DNA of 64,000 bases, taken from positions 6,687-70,686 of the forward strand of contig JBPOHQ010000004.1 of NCBI GenBank assembly GCA_052035405.1. The letters run 5' to 3'. The notes under the pieces are model-generated. The model worked only from the letters and a program-made list of their open reading frames with translations, was not told where the DNA came from and searched no databases. The DNA comes from Candidatus Nomurabacteria bacterium. GTDB taxonomy: Bacteria; Patescibacteriota; Minisyncoccia; Phycocordibacterales; UBA9973. Both the position numbers and the translations under genes were made by a program. Below are positions 55,795-64,000 of this stretch, one piece after another. The stretch's first letter is position 1, and every line of letters begins with the position of its first letter.

Positions 55795-58167
55795 TCACTT
55801 TCTACTCCTGACCCGTTTTATTACTCTTGCCTCTTCTATAATGGGTCTAAACGTACGTTCGCACGCTTGATAAATTTGGAGGCCGAGTTTGAATACAGGC
55901 TTACTAGTATCACCGTTCAAGTGTTTGAGTATTTTGTCTACCCAGACAGCCTGAAACTTGCCTTTCTCACCTTTACGCCAAACACTCTCCGGCAAATTAT
56001 AATTTGTCTTTACATAAAGACGAAATTTTCGAGTTAATTTATTGAACCTCGTTTGGATTTCGTATAGTCTGTCTTTGTAGTCTTTCGTACTAATACTCTT
56101 TGCTCTGTATGAATCATCAAGACTTACAACTTCTGCTTGTATATCACGGATTTTTCCTATCATGTCTTTCAACTCTTTAGCATTATCGTCAGGATTCCTA
56201 TCTGTATTTTTTATCACCACTTCTGCTCCTGCGTTTGAAAAACTTATATCTTCAATTTGAAGAAAATTCTTCAATCTTGAAAAAAGATTTTCCAGGTATT
56301 TTTGATCAATTCCAGTTGAGTCGTTATACTCATACTCGAGAAGTGCATTCTCCAAATATGATACTTCAGTCTGCAGTGCTTGAGTAGCACTATCGTACTC
56401 CTCTTCTGTAATCTGCTCAGACAAATATGCATCATCAAGCATATCTGCTCTGTCTGTTTGGACTCGCTCAATCAATCCTAAAGCCTGAGAAACAGATTCG
56501 GTGGCAGTATTAATAGAAATTTCTGACAGTTGCTGATCTTCAGACGTTGGTATACTCACAGAGACTTGCCCTTCAACAACTGCAGGTGCTTTTGACTTGT
56601 TTTTTGAACCTGGTGTGCGTCCCCTGTAGTTTCCTGTACGCTTTTTCTTCGTTTCCTCAACGACTTCTTTTATTCCTGTGACTTCTTTAAGGATTTCAAT
56701 CGCTTGACCCTCGATATCCCACAGAATTTTGAAGAATTCGTCTTCGGTTGATTCATTTTTCTGAAACTTCTCGTCAGCCTCTTCGTATTCCCTTTTTAAG
56801 TCTTCCATTTTTTGAATAATGGAAGGATCAGTAACGGTACGGTTGGGATCTTCAAGAATTGTGATTATATCTTCGATTGCTAAGGGTTCTTCCTCAGAAT
56901 TTTGATTTTCTAAAACCACATCTGGAACAGATTCTGTTTCTACTTCGTTTTTCGATTTTTTGCTTTGCTCCCATTGTTCAATAGCCGGAGTAACTGTTGC
57001 AATGTATGCTTGAAGATTATATCCCTCCATACTTACTATATCCGAGAAGTCCATTTTTTTAGTAACCATTCCACCAGGGGAAAACCCTTGGCAAATTGGT
57101 AATGCTGGAAATTTGGTACATAGTATTTCCAGTAATTTACTTTTTACTGGATCAGTGTCTTCAAGTTGATTGAAAATTCGCATGAAACGCAAAAAGGCAT
57201 AGGTGTCGTTTAGCAAGTTTGGATTTAAAAAAACTTCACCAATAAACGCCTTGTCTTCCTGCGTCAATTCATTGCTAATTTTTAGCAATCCAGATAACAC
57301 ATTAGACGATTCTGTAATCACCGAAATAAAATCCCTCTTCGGATAATTTGATGACCATTGATCAATTTGGTTCTGGAGCAAAATACATTCTGGATCACCC
57401 ATGCAATTTCCGTCAACGAATTTTCCAAGCAAGTTGCATTGTTTAGCCGTAGCTGTCCCTGAATTTAGTCGTTCAAAGCATAATCTAATGTATTCAACAC
57501 CAGAATTCCATTCTACATCTCCCGGTTTGACGGTAGTACGTACTGGTACTTCATCAATCTTAAATATGTAGTTGAAATGATCAAATATCATAGTCCCTGG
57601 TTTGTAAACAGGAACAGCGACCATTTTTCCATCATCGTAATCACGCTGCATTTGATTTACACTCTCTGCAAATTTTTGATCTACGAAATACAGAGCGGTT
57701 AATTTATCAGCGATAGAAGTTGGGTTTTGGCCGCCTTCTGTCAGTTTCAAATATCCTTGATACCCGGCATTCGCCAGATTGATCAATAATATAAACTGGT
57801 CCTCTGGTTGCATTTGTGGCAACCAAGGTTTCCTTCCGCCGCCGTCTGAACCTCCTCCTCCGGTCGGAACGTCCACTACTTCATCTGGGCTTACCGGAAA
57901 ATTCGAATAAATTGATGGTGGTGGGGTTGTGACGTAGTAGGTGATTGTGAGAGCAGTGGCTGCAGTGCCTACGCTAAGTAGGGCTAGGTCTGCGGCCGTC
58001 ATTTCTGCCAACAAAACCAATACCACAGGAATCATAGCCGGCTTGTTTTCGAGAGCAGTATTATCCCGTGGCACGGGTACTGGTCGGGTAAGCGGATCGG
58101 CTGAAATTTTTTGCCTGAAAAGCATAAAAATAATGAGAAAAATTGAGAGCAAGATTCGTTTTTTCAT
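55795..58167 (-). CDS. 790-aa secreted/membrane hypothetical protein with AT-hook-like motif
   Basis: Signal peptide, hydrophobic segment, acidic helical body, RGRTPGSKNK. Confidence 0.8.
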   Translation of the reverse strand: MKKRILLSIFLIIFMLFRQKISADPLTRPVPVPRDNTALENKPAMIPVVLVLLAEMTAADLALLSVGTAATALTITYYVTTPPPSIYSNFPVSPDEVVDVPTGGGGSDGGGRKPWLPQMQPEDQFILLINLANAGYQGYLKLTEGGQNPTSIADKLTALYFVDQKFAESVNQMQRDYDDGKMVAVPVYKPGTMIFDHFNYIFKIDEVPVRTTVKPGDVEWNSGVEYIRLCFERLNSGTATAKQCNLLGKFVDGNCMGDPECILLQNQIDQWSSNYPKRDFISVITESSNVLSGLLKISNELTQEDKAFIGEVFLNPNLLNDTYAFLRFMRIFNQLEDTDPVKSKLLEILCTKFPALPICQGFSPGGMVTKKMDFSDIVSMEGYNLQAYIATVTPAIEQWEQSKKSKNEVETESVPDVVLENQNSEEEPLAIEDIITILEDPNRTVTDPSIIQKMEDLKREYEEADEKFQKNESTEDEFFKILWDIEGQAIEILKEVTGIKEVVEETKKKRTGNYRGRTPGSKNKSKAPAVVEGQVSVSIPTSEDQQLSEISINTATESVSQALGLIERVQTDRADMLDDAYLSEQITEEEYDSATQALQTEVSYLENALLEYEYNDSTGIDQKYLENLFSRLKNFLQIEDISFSNAGAEVVIKNTDRNPDDNAKELKDMIGKIRDIQAEVVSLDDSYRAKSISTKDYKDRLYEIQTRFNKLTRKFRLYVKTNYNLPESVWRKGEKGKFQAVWVDKILKHLNGDTSKPVFKLGLQIYQACERTFRPIIEEARVIKRVRSRK

Positions 58168-58223
58168 GTTTAGTGAAAATTTTGAATGAAAGATAGGTGA
58201 AATATTTGGTTTTTCAAGGAAAC

Positions 58224-58291
58224 AAAAAAATACCCAAAAAGGGTATTTCTACATTCACAAAAATAGTACTCTCTCTCTAGACTTTTGTCAA
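58224..58291 (-). promoter_or_regulatory. Sigma70 promoter followed closely by a terminator-like hairpin
   Basis: TTGACA-N17-TACTAT, then AAATACCC-TTTTT-GGGTATTT + T run. Confidence 0.65.
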
Positions 58292-58327
58292 GCACACATG
58301 CTAATAACTTTGTCAAATATAACAAAA

Positions 58328-59002
58328 CTAGAATACTAAAACTGTAAACTCCCCTCTTACTTTATCTTTGTTTTCTTCGTAATATTTCAATACATTCTGC
58401 GGGGTGTCTGTGATAAATTCTTCATATATCTTTGTGAGTTCTCGAGCAACGCAAACCTTTTTATCTGGGCAGAATTTCACCAATGCTTCTAATGTTTTAA
58501 TTATTCTATGAGGAGATTCATAAAAAGCCATGGTTCTATCTGACTCTGCAATCTCTTTAAATAAAGTCTCTCTTCCCTTTTTGTGCGGTAAAAATCCTAA
58601 AAAAGTGAATTCATGAGTAGAAAGACCTGAGGCAGAAAGTGCAGTAATGAGAGCTGTAGCACCAGGGATAGGTATCACTCTTATACCATTTCCAAAATGT
58701 TTTTTGACTTGAGATACAAGCATCGCTCCTGGGTCTGAAATTCCAGGAGTTCCAGCGTCTGATACAAGTGCGAGATTTTTACCTTCTTCCAAAAGCTCAA
58801 AGATTTTATCTGTTTTAGAAAGTTTACTTTGAGCATGATAGCTCATCGTGGGCTTATCGATATTAAATTTCTGTAAAATCTTTCTTGTCTCTCGAGTGTC
58901 TTCGCAGAGAATCATATCAACTTCTTTTAAAGTCTCTATTGCACGAAATGTTATGTCGCCCATGTTACCAATAGGAGTTGCTACGATATAAAGACTAGAC
59001 AT
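58328..59002 (-). CDS. rsmI: 16S rRNA C1402 2'-O-methyltransferase
   Basis: LYIVATPIGN, EDTR, SDAGTPGISDPG, YESPHR, RELTK. Confidence 0.97.
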   Translation of the reverse strand: MSSLYIVATPIGNMGDITFRAIETLKEVDMILCEDTRETRKILQKFNIDKPTMSYHAQSKLSKTDKIFELLEEGKNLALVSDAGTPGISDPGAMLVSQVKKHFGNGIRVIPIPGATALITALSASGLSTHEFTFLGFLPHKKGRETLFKEIAESDRTMAFYESPHRIIKTLEALVKFCPDKKVCVARELTKIYEEFITDTPQNVLKYYEENKDKVRGEFTVLVF

Positions 59003-59019
59003 ATTTCTATTATATCTTA

Positions 59020-59466
59020 TTATTTACGATATTTCTTAGTACGCCATTTATCAGCTATTTTGATACGAGTGAGAGATCTTTCGAGCTCTGATTCAAAATG
59101 TTCAAAGTCAACAATTTCATTATTGTCCATTTGTTTCTTAAGTTCTTCTGAACGAGCTTTTGCTTTTTCAATAGCTTCATCGGTGAGTTCTGTGATATGT
59201 TCTGCAAAGTCTGCGAGTATTGCTACTTCAGTCTGTCCGTCTATGCCATTTTTAACCTCCACAAAACCACCAACGACAGCCATTGGTACTTGTTCGCCTT
59301 TTATTATACCCACAACATCTCCTGAAGCGAGTCCCGCTATGAGTGGTATGTGCCCTGGCAAAACTCCTATTTCTCCTTCTGTAGTAGGAATAAGTACTTC
59401 ATCAACAAGTTCTTCTAGAACAAGTCTCTCGGGCGTTACGACTTTTAATTTAATTTGTTTTGACAT
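59020..59466 (-). CDS. atpC: ATP synthase epsilon
   Basis: VVTPER, GEIGVLPGH; operon position. Confidence 0.95.
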   Translation of the reverse strand: MSKQIKLKVVTPERLVLEELVDEVLIPTTEGEIGVLPGHIPLIAGLASGDVVGIIKGEQVPMAVVGGFVEVKNGIDGQTEVAILADFAEHITELTDEAIEKAKARSEELKKQMDNNEIVDFEHFESELERSLTRIKIADKWRTKKYRK

Positions 59467-59479
59467 GAGTTAATTAAAA

Positions 59480-60871
<1,392 letters not shown>

Positions 60872-61777
60872 TTAACTGACACTCGCCATACCCGCACTTA
60901 TCTCACTTATTTCTCTGGTAATATTTGCTTGTCTGGCTTTGTTAAATACTAATGTAAGATCATCAATCATTTCGCTTGCAGCATCTCCAGCATTTTTCAT
61001 TGAAAGCATTCGAGCAGATTGCTCAGAAGCGTTTGACTCAAGAATCATTTGATATATTTGCATCTTTACCAACTTTTCTGCTAGAGATTCAATGAGTGTA
61101 GACATATCACCTTCAAAGACATATTCATTTGTATTTTCTTTGGTATCAAGTAATTCCCTAGACCTTTGATCACCTACATCTTGAATAGTTTTTTTTAATT
61201 CTTTTTTAGAAACAGGTAAGAGCATTCTAATTCTTGGTGTCTGTGTTAATGCTGAAACAAAGTCTGTGTAAGCAACAAAGATATTCTTATACGTACCTTT
61301 TTTATATTCAGTTGTTATTAATTTTGAGACAGGGGTGATATCTGAGAGAGAAATAATATCTGGTAGTTCTACAAAAGAAGCGACAACATGCTGTCCAGTT
61401 CTTCTCATTGCAGCGTCACCCTTTTTACCAATAGTTAAAAATTCAACTGTCTCGTTTTCAAAAGATTTTATTTTTAAAATGGTCTTCTTTATAACCTGAG
61501 CATTGTATCCTCCGCAAAGTCCTCTATTTGAGGTAATAAGGATGATGAGTGTTTTACCTTCTGTATTCTCAGTAAAAAACGGATGAGTTACCTGTTCTAA
61601 TTTTCCAGCCAAAGAAGTTAAAAGATCCCAAGAATAATTTGCATATAAACGAGACGCGAGTGTCTTTGCGACTGCACGTTTCATTTTTGAAGCAGATACA
61701 AGCTCCATCGCTTTCGTGATTTTCTTTGTGCTCTTTACGCTTTTTATTCTTCTTTTAATTTCTTTTGTTCCAGCCAT
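60872..61777 (-). CDS. atpG: ATP synthase gamma
   Basis: KITKAM, RGLCGGYN, RQANITREISEI. Confidence 0.98.
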   Translation of the reverse strand: MAGTKEIKRRIKSVKSTKKITKAMELVSASKMKRAVAKTLASRLYANYSWDLLTSLAGKLEQVTHPFFTENTEGKTLIILITSNRGLCGGYNAQVIKKTILKIKSFENETVEFLTIGKKGDAAMRRTGQHVVASFVELPDIISLSDITPVSKLITTEYKKGTYKNIFVAYTDFVSALTQTPRIRMLLPVSKKELKKTIQDVGDQRSRELLDTKENTNEYVFEGDMSTLIESLAEKLVKMQIYQMILESNASEQSARMLSMKNAGDAASEMIDDLTLVFNKARQANITREISEISAGMASVS

Positions 61778-61785
61778 ATTATTTT

Positions 61786-63288
61786 TTATTTAAGAAAAGA
61801 TGTTTTGAAATCTTCAATCGCTTTCTTGAGTTGTGCTTCACCGTCATCAGACCACATTTTTTTCTCTACTACTTCTTTAATGAAAGTTTTTGCATTACTC
61901 TCTGCGTATTCAATGAGTCCTGCTTCAAATGCTTTGATTTGATCAACAGGTACTGTATCCATGTAGCCTTTTACTAATGCGTATAAAACAACTACTTGGT
62001 GCTGAGTGAGTACTGGTGCATATTGAGGTTGTTTCAAAAGTTCAACTGCTCTCTTACCACGCTCAAGTTGTCTCTTTGTCGCATCATCGAGGTCTGAGCC
62101 AAATTGAGCAAACGCTTCAAGTTCACGAAATTGTGCAAGGTCAAGCTTCAATGTTCCAGCAACCTTCTTCATTGCTTTAATTTGAGCACTTCCTCCAACA
62201 CGAGACACTGAGAATCCAACGTTTACCGCAGGACGGACACCTTTGTAAAAAAGATCAGTCTCTAAGAATATTTGTCCATCAGTAATAGAAATAACGTTTG
62301 TAGGAATGTATGCAGACAAGTCACCAGCTTGTGTTTCAATTATAGGTAATGCAGTAATTGAACCTCCTCCGTAGTCTTCATTTCTTCGGCAAGCACGCTC
62401 AAGAAGTCTTGAGTGTAAGTAAAACACGTCTCCAGGGTACGCTTCACGACCTGGTGGACGACGAAGTAAAAGAGAAATTTCACGGTACGCTACTGCATGT
62501 TTTGATAAATCATCATAAATAATTAACACGTCCTTCCCTTGATCCATGAAATATTCAGCAATAGCAACACCTGCATATGGAGCAATATATGACAAAGAAG
62601 CAGGCTCAGAACTACCAGCAGAAACGATAATCGTATACGCCATAGCACCACCTTCTTCAAGACGAGTTTGAATTTTTCGAAGTTTAGAATCTTTTTGACC
62701 GATAGAAACATAGACACAAATCATGTTTTGTCCTTTTTGGTTTAAGATAGTATCGATAGCAATAGCTGTTTTACCGGTTTGACGGTCGCCAATAATGAGC
62801 TCACGTTGTCCTCGTCCTACTGGAATCAATGCATCAATGGCTTTTATACCTGTAGAAACTGGTTGATCAACTCCTTGACGTGTTACCACACCAGGAGCAA
62901 CTTTTTCGATAGGATATGTCTCAGTTGATTTTACTTCACCTTTACCATCAATAGCATGACCAAGTGCATTCAATACGCGTCCAATTTGAGCTTCACCAAC
63001 AGGGATTTCTAAAATACGTCCAGTACCAGTGACAGTATCCCCCTCTTTGATTTTTGCGAACTCTCCCAAGATGATGATACCAACAGTATCTTCTTCCAAG
63101 TTTAGAACAACACCCACCTCGCCTCCTGAAAAAGTCACCATTTCTGAAGACTTAACATCACTAAGGCCAGACACCTTTGCGATACCATCAAAAACTTCTA
63201 CTACATGACCTACTTTTTCTGCTTTTGCTTTAAGCGAAAAATTCTCAATTTCTTTTTTTAAATTTTCTACGATGTGATTGTTGCTCAT
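61786..63288 (-). CDS. atpA: ATP synthase alpha
   Basis: [20 protein letters not shown]. Confidence 0.99.
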   Translation of the reverse strand: MSNNHIVENLKKEIENFSLKAKAEKVGHVVEVFDGIAKVSGLSDVKSSEMVTFSGGEVGVVLNLEEDTVGIIILGEFAKIKEGDTVTGTGRILEIPVGEAQIGRVLNALGHAIDGKGEVKSTETYPIEKVAPGVVTRQGVDQPVSTGIKAIDALIPVGRGQRELIIGDRQTGKTAIAIDTILNQKGQNMICVYVSIGQKDSKLRKIQTRLEEGGAMAYTIIVSAGSSEPASLSYIAPYAGVAIAEYFMDQGKDVLIIYDDLSKHAVAYREISLLLRRPPGREAYPGDVFYLHSRLLERACRRNEDYGGGSITALPIIETQAGDLSAYIPTNVISITDGQIFLETDLFYKGVRPAVNVGFSVSRVGGSAQIKAMKKVAGTLKLDLAQFRELEAFAQFGSDLDDATKRQLERGKRAVELLKQPQYAPVLTQHQVVVLYALVKGYMDTVPVDQIKAFEAGLIEYAESNAKTFIKEVVEKKMWSDDGEAQLKKAIEDFKTSFLK

Positions 63289-63291
63289 AAC

Positions 63292-63696
63292 TTATCTTGT
63301 TAAATGTTCTTGTAACTTTTTTAATTTATTAAAAATGGTCAAATCTATGACCTCATCATCTACCTCTATTTTTATTCCTCCTAAAAGAGTTGGTACTTCT
63401 TTTTCTTTTAGAACAATTTTTTTAGCGTTATATTTTTTAAGCAATTCAGTAGTTAATTCTTTCTTTGTATGTTCATCAATTTTTTTTACACTTGAAATTG
63501 TGGCAACAATAATTCCTTCTTCTTTATTTGAAATCTTCTCGAGTTTTTTTAAAATATCAGACGATTTAGAAATCAATCTTTTACGAATTAGGAACTTTAG
63601 TACGTTATCGACAAACAAAGACAATTCTGTTCCTTGTTTATCTTTTGATGCTGTATAAATCGCCAGAGCGATGTCATTGTGTGATGTTGTTGCCAT
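63292..63696 (-). CDS. atpH: ATP synthase delta (short)
   Basis: LLGG..I.V.D.VID.T; operon position. Confidence 0.88.
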   Translation of the reverse strand: MATTSHNDIALAIYTASKDKQGTELSLFVDNVLKFLIRKRLISKSSDILKKLEKISNKEEGIIVATISSVKKIDEHTKKELTTELLKKYNAKKIVLKEKEVPTLLGGIKIEVDDEVIDLTIFNKLKKLQEHLTR

Positions 63697-63702
63697 TCTT
63701 TT

Positions 63703-64000
63703 CTATTTTTGCAAACTGTTTAGTTCTTTAACTACCTTTGCGTCATACCCACTATCTACTTTTTCACCGATTAATTTTTCAGTTGTTTGTATAACCAAAG
63801 AAACAATTTCTTTTTTTGCATCATTCATCATTTTTGTTTTTTCCGCATCAAGAGAAGCTTTACCATTTTCTATCATCATTGATACTTCTTTACGTGCTTC
63901 TTCTAACATTTCAGTTTTCTTTGCATTTGCTTCTTTTTTTGTTTCTTGCAGTAGTGCATATGCTTCTGTGCGAGCGTTTGCGAGAACCTGTTCATATTCT
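63703..64000 (-). CDS. atpF: ATP synthase b subunit, C-terminal part (runs off the window)
   Basis: Charged helical ORF immediately upstream of atpH. Confidence 0.85.
   Translation of the reverse strand, partial: EYEQVLANARTEAYALLQETKKEANAKKTEMLEEARKEVSMMIENGKASLDAEKTKMMNDAKKEIVSLVIQTTEKLIGEKVDSGYDAKVVKELNSLQK

Overview
AT-rich, gene-dense chromosomal window that looks like Patescibacteria/CPR (Parcubacteria-like). This is inferred from the streamlined housekeeping genes (GAD-less AspRS, short RsmI, degenerate PriA and HolB), the rarity of Shine-Dalgarno sites and 'VLG'-motif surface proteins; the genetic code is standard. Contents: tRNA-Gln followed by a run of small accessory genes; an ECF sigma/anti-sigma module; mraY-ftsW-murG, gltX and an M23 peptidase; rpmA, rplI, ctpA, a large surface protein, PBP2, scpAB and pepN; aspS, trpS, cysS; dnaB, recR, rplU, rseP, frr, holB, mreB, priA, rsmI; and most of the F1Fo ATP synthase operon. 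I saw no CRISPR array, integrase, transposase or rRNA. The most interesting signals are non-coding or microprotein-scale. (1) A cluster of putative amino-acid-sensing RNA switches at 36.5-43 kb: an Arg-codon leader-peptide attenuator before a GNAT, a very small T-box (ultrashort stem I, Asp specifier, no stem II) before aspS, and an aromatic-rich leader attenuator before an unknown 459-aa protein. (2) A 26-30 nt GC-rich palindromic element inserted both in a duplicated tRNA half and in-frame in pepN. (3) A one-gene island bounded by a 19-bp tRNA 3'-end duplication. (4) An independently transcribed 45-aa peptide ending in a beta-clamp-like motif. (5) Many apparently leaderless promoters, including one palindromic -10 box that could serve two divergent genes. 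All structures were paired by eye; no folding or database searches were run.
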